DNA of 64,000 bases from Camelus ferus (taxonomy: Eukaryota): positions 87,794,001-87,858,000 of the forward strand of contig NC_045697.1 in assembly GCF_009834535.1 (NCBI RefSeq). The letters are read 5' to 3'. This document shows positions 14,377 through 26,270 of this stretch, piece by piece. The notes beneath the pieces are model-generated. The model searched no databases. It saw only the letters and a program-made list of their open reading frames with translations, and had not been told where the DNA came from. The translations under genes were made by a program, and so were the position numbers. The stretch's first letter is position 1. Every line of letters begins with the position of its first letter.

Positions 14377-16253
14377 GGCTTCCTTTCCCTCCGTTCATTT
14401 ATTAAGCTGGCTAGATCAAACTCATCGTTATAGTAAACATTTGTTTTCTGTTTTATGAGAAAAAAAATAAGTGTGCTAAGCTGGGGCCAATGATTAATAG
14501 AAGGCATTAATATTTTATTCTGGGCCCATAATTATGGTTTAAAGGATTTGGTGGTAATCTGGGACTGGAAGTTGCTAATCAGATAATTTGGCTGGAGATA
14601 GGCAAGATGAAGTCAATATACAGTTGGGAAAGGTCAGCTAAAATATATGTGCATATACAATATCAACAAAACAACCATGGGCAGGATGCTATAACTCCTT
14701 AGAGCTAAAGTAAGGCTATGAGTACATGATTCTTATCCCCACAGCACCAGACTTTATATCCGTCGGATCCCAGCCTACTCATCCCATCTCTGCCCCTTTG
14801 TCCACACCTTACCAAGGAATATCTTTCTTTTGGAATGCCTGCTTTCCAATCTAGCTCCTTCACAAGCACTCCAGTCCATTTAGGTGTCTCTTTCTGTTGA
14901 ACATTTTTCTGATTTATTTCGAAACTATTGTTCAGATGTTAGCTCCTAAAAATTATAAATGTTCACGTCATTTCTTTCAAACTAGCTTCTAAATGCATGG
15001 AGGGTAGGAATACATCTTTTATTTCCTTTTTATCTTCCTACTTTGTGGAGTGGAATACTTCATTCTTGTTAATGAAAACTGTGATTAAATCTGTTTACAG
15101 AGAATTGTGTAGGGTGAAAAATCTTACCTGGGTTTGAGCCCCATAAAGATGTTTATTTACCTGTTAGTGCTTTCTAAAATTCTTCCTGGATTATAGTTTC
15201 CCTTGATTCAGTATTATCAGTGCCTTTCTCAGATGCCTGAACCTAGAAAAGCACTCTTGTCAGACCAAAAAGTTTTCTAGTCAAAGTGCTGCACCGCTGT
15301 TTACTTTGTTGACTAAAGAATGTTCTGATTCAACCATGAGGGCATCTCTAATTGTCACAGCTGTTAGAAGCAGAATAAATAAGATCAAGATGCTTGGACC
15401 TTCTGCAGGATCTCGGAGAGAGCAGGGTACAGCAGAACAGTGCCCAAGTGACCACATGTGTACTGGGGTGCTTGAGCAGCCCCTTCCACATGGCAAGTGG
15501 TATGACCAACTAGTTGCTGCCAGCTTTGTCCCCGCTGCTCCAAACTTGGCATGAGATTCAAACCCTTGTTTAAAATTATAATAGCTTATCTTATTTAAAT
15601 TTATTTTTTATACTTACATTTCAGAATGTTATTTGACATGGAAAAGAGCTATATCTATATATTGTTTTTAGTCAAGCAAACGAACAATAAAAGAAGGTAC
15701 AACACCCTGGAAAACATCTGTGAGTATGTTTTTCCTGCTGGGTGGTTATAGGACACCAATCCAACGTACTTATTACAGTGATTATCTAGAGATGTTCTGG
15801 AAATACCATGCTGATGGCATCAACTGCTCATCTACTCATTAGGACTTATCAGATAACAATTATTCTGGGAAAGCTGGGGCCTTATTTGGGGGATTTGTCA
15901 CTGACACATTTACAACATCATTGGTTATCCACATCCTGAACCACTGTCCTCCAATTTTGATAGCATGGGGTTCTGAAACAGGACTACTCATTGATCTATG
16001 CCACAATTTCTTAAGAAAAGTTCATCTTCTTCCACAAGTTTTTATTTTTGTATTCAGAGTTAAAGGGCTATAAATACCAATATTGTTTATTTTTAGAAAT
16101 TACTTCTGTGAGTATTTTGCATGTATATTTCCAAAATTATCTGTAATTCTGTAAATCATAAAGTTAAGTCAAGAGTTATTTGGGCAACAAAGGTTCAACG
16201 TGCTTAGAGCTCTAAGGTTGTGTTTTTTTCCCAAAGGTTGGGCTTTTCCCACA

Positions 16254-16760
16254 CATTCATTCATTCAACAAATATTTATCAAGTTCCTACCATGTGCTAG
16301 GAACTGTTCTAGGCACATGGGGTACATCATTGGAAAAGCAGAGGCCTCAGTCCTTGTTGGGTTGATTTGGTAGCAAGGAGAGATTGGCCATAAACAACAA
16401 ACTTTATCAATTGTTAACTGTGTGGGCTTCTAGAGGGTGATCTATGCTATGGGAAAAGAATGAGTAGAGCAGGAAAGAGAATCAATAGTTTATTGCTGGG
16501 TGAGCAGTGTTACAATTTTAATAGGGGAGAGTGTTCTAAACAGAGGAAACAGCAATGCAAAGGTTTTAAGCAGGAGCTTGCCTGGCAAGTTCAAAGGGCA
16601 GCAAGAAGGCCCTTGTGACTGATGGGGCCCACTGAGGAGAGAGGAGGTTGGAGAGGTAAGTAACAGGGAGGGTTGTGAAGGAGAGGGCAGCTCAGGAAGG
16701 GCCTTGTCAAGCACTGTGAGGACCTACCTCCCTGGCTCTAAGTGACATGGGCAGCCAAGG
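16254..16760 (-). mobile_element. L2 LINE 3' end
   Basis: 'cattcattcattcaacaaatatttatcaagttcctaccatgtgctaggaactgttctagg' is the reverse complement of the L2 terminus. Confidence 0.85.
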
Positions 16761-17344
16761 AAATTCTCATATTAGCTTCCCACAGCTGCTTCGTGCAGGT
16801 GTATAAAGTATCACTTTGTCTTATGGATGAAGAAATGAGATGCTGAAAGTTGAGGTAATATGCAAAATAATCTGCCCTCAATAATTTAATTTCTTATAGA
16901 ACATAAATGACAACATTTGTAGAAGGCCACTTTTGGACAGACGTTATTCTCTGAGCCTACCACTTTTAACTTCCTTTTTAAAAATTTCCTTTTAATACTT
17001 ACAAATAATCATATAAAATAGATAATATGCTTCCTATTCAAAAAGTGAAAAAATGGAGGCTTAGAAATTGTGTGATGTTTAGAAAGTGTTTAAGGTTTAG
17101 AAAGTTTACACAGCTAGTGAACATAGATTCAAGGTTAAGTCTCTGAATCCTAATACAAAGTGTTTTGTAAAATTATATTAAAATAGTTTAAAAATTTTGA
17201 CTAAGAATCATTTCAAACCCAGAAAACAAGGCAAAATATAAAAGCATCCACAGTCCTCTTTAAGATTCAAAGTATATTAACCTTTTTCCCTGTTTGTTAT
17301 AGATCACATTTTTTTACACATTATTTTTTTAATTTAGAAAGTAA

Positions 17345-19700
17345 AATATTTACAATTTTTTTTCCCATTTGATAGAGGTAAAATGCTATGTTTTTAATTA
17401 ATTGGAATGTCTTTGATTATTAGTGAAGTTAAAAATGTTTAGGTGTTTTTATTAACCACTCAGTCTACCTATTTTGTTAATTGCCTGTTTATATTCTTAA
17501 CCTATTTCTCTATTATCTGTTCCTACTCACTTGAAGAGCTCTTTATATACTCTAGTTAATTTTCATTTATCTGTTCTAGTCCTTGCAAATATTTTCATGC
17601 AGCTGTGGCTGCCATTTTCACCATTTATTAGGAAATATACAAAAAGTTGAATAAAATGTACATGTATACTTCAGTCACTCTACTGATCACAAAGGAATAC
17701 TTCACTTTTTTCTTAATTAGAATATATTACCTTTAGGTGTCAGATAAATAGCATTTATTATACTAAGAAATTTTCTAAAAGTGGATGTTACGTATTATCA
17801 AATATATTTCCTGCTTTTATTGAGGTGATTAATATATTGATATGGTGAATTATACTAATTGATTTTTTAATGTTCCAACAACTTAGCATTCCTGGGATAA
17901 ACCCAAGTTGCTAATTATTGTTTTAATAAATTTTTCTACTATTTTTTTTTTTACTTTGTTTGTTCAGTATTTTGCATCAATGTTCCTGAATGAGATGGTT
18001 AGTAATTTTCTCCTAACTTCCTTTTCAGATTTGTTAAATAAAATAATTTGGGGAATATCCTTCTGTTTCTGTTCTCTGGAAGTATTTGTGTAATATTGGA
18101 ATTAGCTGATCCTTGTATGTTTGGTAAAACTTGCTGTTGAACCCAGCTGGACCTGGAATTTAATTTATGGGAAGATTTGTGACTGTTATCCAATTTTTAA
18201 AATGGACATTCTGGTTTTTTGTTTCTTCATGAGTCCATTTGGTAAGTTATATATATTTTTTAGGGTTTAGTTTATTTTGTTGAAATTTTCCACTTTTTTG
18301 GACATGAATTTATTCATAATATCATCTCATCTCTTTAATGTGTACATCAATAATAATGATGTTCATTTTTACATTACTATTATTGTTTTGTGCCTTCTCT
18401 GTTTCACTTGATCAATTTTATCAGAAGTTTGTCAATTTTATAACTTATTTTTAAAAATCAACTTTTGGCTTTGTTGACCCTTTCTAGAGCATGCTTATTT
18501 TCTATTTCATTAGCTTTGCTTTTTACTTCTTTATTATTTTTCCTTCTTATTTATTTATTTGCATTTGTTACACTGGCCTTTTCTACCTCACTGAGATGGA
18601 TAATTATTTTAATAATTTTCATTCTATTGTTTTTTTTTTAAATATATAGTAAGCTATCAGTTTTTCTTTAAGTCCTGCTTTGGGTGCATCCCTTAGGCTG
18701 GCTAGTATTTCAGTTCAAAATTTTTCTAATTTTAATACACATTTTAGGACGAGTTAAAAAGGAAATGCATTTCCTAATTTCCAACATTAGGAATATGTCT
18801 AGGTTTGTTTATTTGTTTTCATTGATTTCTAAATTCTAATCATAGAAAATGGCTTGTGTAATTTAAATTCTTCGAAATTTGTTGAACATACTTTCTAACT
18901 CAGGATATGGTCAGTTTTTATAAGTGTGCATATTGCAAAAGAACATGTATTCTAAGGTTGTTGAATGGAATATTCTATAAAAATCTACTAGATAAAATTT
19001 TTAAAAAAGCTGTTTGATTTTTCTATATCATTTTTTCTTTTTATTATATCCTTATAAGGAAAAGCTTGTTAAATCTCCTACTCTGACTTTTGATTTGTAT
19101 TTTTATTCTTCTAGTTTTATCAATATTTGTTTTTATTACATACAGTAAAGTTCAAAATTTTCTAACCTCAAAAAACTTTTTATAACCTCTTGGTGATCTG
19201 TAATAGACATCTTTTCTCATTTTGAAGTGACCCTGTTGAAATACAGTAATGATTTTTTGCTGTGACATCTTTTTTCTCTCCCTAATATTGCTGTATAGTC
19301 TCATTTTTGAGGGGGATTAATATTTACAAGGTATATCTATTTCAAACTTTGAAATTTTTATTCTTTATGCATCTCTATTCTTAATATGCATCATTAATTA
19401 AAGGTGTTTATTTGATTTTTGCATTTTAATTTATCTTGTCTTTGCCTTTTAATTATAGCATATGGCTCATTTATATTTAATATAATTACTGATACTATAT
19501 TTTACCATCTTTTTTGTGCTACTTATACAACCTGTTGTAGATTGCTTTTTCTTATTTTTTTCTGCTTGCTTTTGTGATAGTGTTATTTCTTGTTACAGCA
19601 TTTTTTCTATCCTCTAGTTGGAATTTATAACTTTTTATTCTTTAGTGGCTAGGCTACAAAATACATGACACTTCATTTATCAAATGCAAAATTATTGAAT
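17345..19700 (-). mobile_element. degraded L1M fragments (ORF2 region), probably more than one piece
   Basis: 'cttagcattcctgggataaaccc', 'gtattttgcatcaatgttcctgaatgagat', 'caacttttggctttgttga', 'ggatatggtcagtttttataagtgt'; many stops. Confidence 0.8.
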
Positions 19701-21219
19701 ACATTTTTTTCTCAGGGAGAGTTGGGATTAAAAACCAAGCAGCCTCCAGAGTCTATTCTTTTACCACCTATTTCTATTTACATGTCAGATTGAGAAACTA
19801 AGGTCACATGATATAGCTGACCTTGAACTCTGCTTTTCTGATGCCCTAAGTCAGGTACATTCCTTAATAAACTAGAGCTTACCCCAGAAGTCTCACAGAC
19901 TCATGAGAATAAAACCCATTACTTTGGGTATCAAGAGGTTCAAAATCTCTTATTTGATTCATTAGAGAATTACTTCAGAACCCCACATGTTGTTTTTGTT
20001 TGAGTAAAATCTGAAATGTATTAAAAAAAAATACCTACTGCTGTGTTGCCTATTTGCTTTTCTCTTTTTAAATGTCCTATTGAGAAGTGCTGCAGAAATT
20101 TTGCCCTGACGTGCGGGGGCCCAACTATTTCCTGCCACACTCAGCTTGGGGGACATAGCCTCTGGGTTATACTCTTTTGAAATTGTCCTGCTGAAGTGCG
20201 TGTTTTGATTTTAGGATTTTTCCAGATGCTTCATTAGCAGGTCCCATGTGTTAAAATCTGTTGAAATTCAGCCTGTTTCTGAATGTGAGGCATCTAAGTA
20301 GTTCACAAATTTAGGGGAGTTAATCTATTAGCTGCTGAGAGAATTACTATTTAATTTTATTTCATTCTATTGTTTACATATTGTATGCTTATTCTATGCT
20401 TTATTTTTTATTTTGTCTAGGTTTTGAAAAAAGTCTATATTTAACATTTTGAGCAATTTGATCTTTATGTATAATTATATTCTCTGGCTACTTAAATTGA
20501 AGACACATTATAAATATAAAACAAATTAAGATAAGCAAATGTATGATGTGCTCACTTCTGACTGGAGCTTATACCTATGCTAAGATTTTCTGCTTATTTT
20601 TAAATCTCAGAATCAGCATCACATAATGTTAGAATGTTGGAAAAAAATTTAGATGCCATGTTCACAGACTTTCTCACTTTCTGTAAGGAAACTGAGACCA
20701 AGAATGTTTAACTGATGAGCAATGGCTGCATTAGTCCTAGAACCCAAATTTCCTCATTTCCGTTATCAGTCCCAGAAACACATGTCATATGTCTTAAACA
20801 TAATGGTTTCAAACATTAATGAAGTATGATTCTAAAATATTGTGATGTTCATGTAAATCTAAAATTTTACTCTTTGCTTAGGTATCCAAAATGTAATCTT
20901 GTTGTCTTAAAGTTTTTTACTACCTAAAGCATTTGCCTGTCACTTTGATAGGCACCAGGAATTTAATGGTGTTAAAAACAGATGTGATCTCAGCCTTCAA
21001 ACAATAACAAATCATAGAAATAGATGTGAAATTGCCACTGATATAAATATTCATCCCCTCTCCCCAACTCATTCCAGTCACCTTTTATAGATCTTTCAAA
21101 CCTTAGCCTGAATTTCCTTTCTTGAGAGACCTTTTCAGACCAGATCAGGCATCTAGTCACCCACCCTCCGGTTACTGTACATGTTTTCGCTCACTCTTAT
21201 GGGAAGCCATATATATTTG

Positions 21220-21520
21220 AGGTGTGTGAACTAGACCATGGAGGGCCTTATGGGCCATAATAAGGACTTGAGTTTTTATCCTTACATAATTGAAAGCCTT
21301 TCAAAGGTTTTAATAATATCTATACTTTAAAATAAAATTGTTTAGTGGCATTCTTGTTACGGCAGTAAGTGTGGTTAAAGGGAGTCCAGTCAGAAAGCTG
21401 CCACAGTAGTCCTATGGGAGATGATGGTAGTTTATTCTAAGGAATCTCCCTGAAGAATGAAATGGATGAATTTGAGAGATATTTAAGTGTTAAATTGAAA
21501 GAACATGGGTAGAGAAATAT
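21220..21520 (-). mobile_element. L2 fragment
   Basis: 'ctagaccatggagggccttatgggccataataaggacttgagtttttatcct', 'gagatgatggt', 'gaatttgagagatatttaag'. Confidence 0.65.
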
Positions 21521-21524
21521 TGTG

Positions 21525-21790
21525 GGTGTGGTAAATAGCAAAATAGTGACAATATATGCAAGTCTTCCCAATAAGAAGTGGAGCCTTTCTTCACTCTGTT
21601 GAATGTGGACTGGCCTTGTGACCAGCTTTGGTCAATGGGACATGAGCAAATAGAGGCTTAAAAAGCATTTGTCTATTGGGGATACCTCTCACTGGGCTTA
21701 AAACTGCACTATGTGAACAATCAGGCTGGTCCGTTGGAGGACAAGAGACCCTGTAGCACGAGGGTCCAGTTGATTGAGCTGTGGTGGGCA
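21525..21790 (+). mobile_element. MaLR LTR 5' fragment (MLT1F/G/H-like)
   Basis: 'cttcccaataagaagtggagcc...tgaatgtggactggccttgtgaccagctttggtcaat'. Confidence 0.6.
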
Positions 21791-24700
21791 TGCTGACACC
21801 TTGGCATAACTCTCACCTTGAAAGATCATTACTACTTATAGTAAGTGGCATGATAGTCTCTGTCCCAGTCAGAAGTTGAAGAAACCAAAGGCACGAGAAG
21901 TTCTTACATTGCTTTATGGTGTACACATTCTTTATGCACATATTTAAGTTCCATTATAACAAAAATAGTTTAAATCAACATGGGGGGTGGAGTGTGAACT
22001 TAAATAACTTTTTCCTTTAAAAGTGCCCATATATTATTCATTTTTGACACACACTATACTGGTCCCATCCAAGTTCAATATTCTGTGATTATGTGATTTC
22101 GTTGGCTGTGAGTTTTGGTCTTATAGGAACCATTTCAAATTACTTCAATAGATGTTGTATAATCCCACTCTGGTAGGAAAGAGTTAGGCCCTTTATACAC
22201 CAGAGACTGAGTTTATTAAACTCATCCACACCCTGTGGTGTGTTTTTATGCACACTCCCTTTGTCTTCTGAAGGAAGTTTCTGCATGTGGGAGAAGGGTG
22301 TGAAGGAAAACAAAATCCTGGACCCTGTCTGTATGATGATTACAACTGAGACACAAAAACATCTGCTGGGTTAAAGGCACCAGCTGTTGGCCATGCAGAG
22401 CGATCACACGCAATGCCGCTGGTCAGGAAATTAAGAAAACCATGGTGTCAGTGGATCAAACTGTGAAGAATCTTAGAGAGACTAAATATTGCTATCTACA
22501 CTGACATTTGGCCAACACAAAGGACTTAAATAAAATATACTTATTTCAAGACTATTTCCTTCTCATTCCTTCTCTTTTTATCACTGATTTTAGTCAAATA
22601 ATTTCCAGTCATTCTCAGAAGGGAATGAGCTTATTGCTATGTAAAAACCCTGACCTACAGTGAAGGAGGTCCTTTGTATCTTTAATTCACCTGTGTTTTT
22701 TTTTTTTTTTTTAATAATTTCTGAAGAAGTTTTGCTGATATTTCACACCAGAAAACACTTTTGAAACTGATTTAGCTTTTAACTCATGGCTATTGATCAT
22801 CCCTTCCTACTTTCTTTATATCTGTAGCCCTGATGAATGACAACACAAAGCCTAAATTTCAAAAAAAAAGTATGCACCTATTTATTTTTAGCAGTTATCA
22901 ATAGTATTTTTGTAAAATCAGTGGGCTACATTGTATTGACAAAATACTTATGTTCCTGAAGGATTTTCCTGCAATATGCCATCATGGTAAATCACATTTG
23001 ATTGCTAACTCAGAGTAAACAAGTCTTATAATTCCCTGAAATATGGAAGGCTTAAATTTTATAAAGCAAAGGAATGATTCTGAATTTATTTTTTGATGCA
23101 TTATTTGTATTTAAGTACAAATAGCTAGAGCAAACTATTATACTTGAGCAAATACGCTTAGCTGTAAGCTTCTTAGATGCTCTGGAAAAAGCAAAAATAC
23201 AATACATTACAGAACTAATTTTCTAATTAATCAAAAGTACTGTTTTTATGTGTTGTAAGAATTTGCGTAGAAACACTACACTCTGATGCTAATGTTTCCA
23301 TCCCTTTGGAAGAGCATCCGTTAGTCCCTTAGCCCAACTCTACTCCTCCCAGGGAAGTGAAAGGGTTTATTTGATTGTCAGGTATCTGTCACTGGTGCAC
23401 TGTTTCTTGGTGGAATGGGGCCGATCTATTAGATTCTTGTGAGTGAGGGCCTGGTATCTTATTTCTCCTTTTCTCTCCACCCAGTCCAGAGAGAGGCAAT
23501 GACCTGGGTAAGTCTGTTTGCTCTGCAAATTTCAAAATCTCCCTTGGGTAAGTTTTCCAAGACCAAAGCAGTCAGGTTGCCTCACCAAGTCACCTCCTCC
23601 AGCTTAACATGCATAAGATGAGAGTTTAGGCTTCCTCAGCCGACTCCTTTGTCTTATTTCACCAAAGGCACAGAATCTTGGTGGATGAGAAGGATGCCCT
23701 CTGTCAGGCCACCTTCCCCCTCTCCCCCACCTTGGCACTGGGAACTTTGTGTAACAGAAGACAAGGTATGTTATGTTCAGACAAAAACACATATGAAGAG
23801 ACACAGGGTAGGTGAGGCTTTGGGCCTTGGATTTTAGTAGGAGACTCTGAGCAAGTTTGGAGAGTGTACCGTGGCCTATTGTGGAGTGTGGCTGGGTCTT
23901 CAGGTGGCTTTAGGATTTAGGCATAAGCCTTGTGAGATTTTCCTCTGAAATATCACTGCAGCTTATGGTAAGTGATACTTTTTCATAGGCAAATTTTACC
24001 TCAATGTCTATAAAGGTGGTGGCCTTAAGTGAAGGAGCAGATGTCAGTAAAGGCACAAGACTCTGCAAACATAGGTGGGTTTTTAGATCTTGAGCACACA
24101 AAACATTGGCTGAGTGGGCCGGGATAGCCTGAGAAAATACTCAAGGACCATGGAGACCTCAGCCAGGACATAAACTTGGTTTCAAATGCTGTGTCTATGA
24201 CTCTTGATGACAAGGCATGGGATATATAAAGAGAGATTTCATGTACAGAAATTAAGGGGCAGAGCCACTGCAGGCTGTGTTTGCCATGTTTTTCAATAAT
24301 GTCTGTGGGACACTTTTAGTGCCAGCTCTAGGCAGGAGGCACTGTTTGCTGTTGGTTTGACTTGCCTTTGGAGCCAAGAGAGGGAACAGGGAAAGAATAA
24401 CCTGGGATTCAGGAGACCTATGTGGACCCAAGAATCACTTCCTATTCCAAGGTCCCATATTGCTCTGGATTTGTAACTTACATGAGCTCTAATCATGTCA
24501 TGAGATTTTTCAAGACCCAAGGAATGACTTCTCTCAAATAAGGGTGATAGATTTTGTTACTAACTCGATAAAAGGAGTAAGAACCTTTATCATAATTTCG
24601 TGATTCAATCCATTTTAGAGCTTTCTAGCAGCAAAATCTTCATTGACCACTGGAGCTTCTGGAGGACATTCCATGGAGTAGGGCTTGCTTGCTTTTAGGG

Positions 24701-25974
24701 GACAGACTTCATGAAGATAGAAGCAAGAGAGCCCTGATCACATGTTTTATCTTTAGTATTAAACTTTCTTTCACCTAAAATGACCAATACTCTGTCAGTA
24801 ATTACGTGAGAGCATTAACTGTTTTTAAACATTAAACATAAATCATCAGATTTGGGTAAGCAAGATGCAAAATAAGATTAACAGCTTATAGATTCCCCCT
24901 TTAAAAAAATATTCTTTTGGCCCCTTTATTCAGAAAGAGACCGACTGTTACATTACTGTTTCCAGACACAACTTGAATCTTGATTTACCATTTAGAGGGA
25001 GGTGTGTGTTAACATTTGGAACTGAATTTGTTTCTTTTGTGATGTGACTGAATTTATCCCACATCTGCAAACAATAACTTAATTAAGTACCCAAAGTGCC
25101 TTTGGGTGAAAGAGGATGAGGCTTAATGAATTTTGAGGCATTGCAGAATAACAAAAGAATTTTAAGGCATTGTTCCCCGGCTACCAGAGGGGCCTTTTAG
25201 TGTACTGTGCTTTGAGGGGCCCTAACAATGGTGGTCCTATTCCAGTCCGGAGTTTCCAGTCCTGAGTTTCCTCAGCAGGGACACCAGAGCCAAAAGGCAC
25301 TAATGACCTCTGCCATCTGGCTTGTCAACAACCAGCTTCAGCGAAGTGTTAAGAAAGGCAGGCGTTATTTATGTATTTTGGCTCTATTATTCATTTTGAT
25401 ACGTTTCCCCAGTGTTCCCACTGATTAGTCATCTGATCAAGAGCCTGCCTCCGACTTCTTGAGCACGTCATTTCTGTGACAGTTTTAACTTAAGATCATT
25501 TTGTAGTTCATTTGAGTAGAAGATTCTTTTCATGGGGAACAAATGATATCTTTTCTGATATTTGGTGAGCTACTTAGAAATGAGATTCTTAAAACATTTC
25601 GTAAAGTCCTGCTGTTAGGTTAATATTTGGATTTAAGATTGGAAATATGTGGAATCATGGAGAGTATAAAATGCTAGAGTGGCTTATTTATTTCATACTT
25701 TCTAAATTGTACTCAAGTTTTGGTGTGATCAGTATTGATGGTCGCTTCCTTCTAGATATCTACAAGTAGGCTGAGAATGCATCCTTCTTTGGAAAATTAC
25801 AGTCTCATTCTTAGGACTGAAATGAATCTAACTGGAAGGAAGGCAGTTTTTCTTAACACTACTCAATTTTTAAGAAATAGACTGATTCCAAAACTATCTT
25901 GGGCTCCTCCTACATTTTCTTTGCTGGGTCCTTCTTTACTAAATTGCCTTTAAATCTGGAGTTTTTCAAGTAGT

Positions 25975-26105
25975 AAATCATCATTTCACGTTTCACTATG
26001 AAGAAACAGAAGGACAGAGAAGGTAAGCTAATTGCCCAAGGTCACACAGCTATTAAGTGGAAGAAATGAGATTTGAATTCAGGATTCATGAGGGTCCAGA
26101 GCCTT
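25975..26105 (-). mobile_element. MIR fragment
   Basis: 'atgaagaaacagaaggacagagaaggtaagctaattgcccaaggtcacacagcta...gatttgaattcagg'. Confidence 0.8.
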
Positions 26106-26119
26106 TGATGGCATAATTT

Positions 26120-26270
26120 CCCATACTAGATCTTTCTGAAAGATTCTTATTCAGCCAAGTCTGAGTGGGGCTGGGGAATCTGGTTTTTTTTGGTTTGTTT
26201 GTTTGTTTGTTTTTTTAACAATCAGCCTGAATGAGATGATTTTCCTCATCAGGAAAGTTTGGGAAACTTA
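26120..26270. mobile_element. MER5-like hAT-Charlie MITE fragment containing a (GTTT)n tract
   Basis: 'gattcttattcagccaagtctgagtggggctggggaatctg...ttttaaca...gatgatt...aagtttgggaaac'. Confidence 0.6.
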
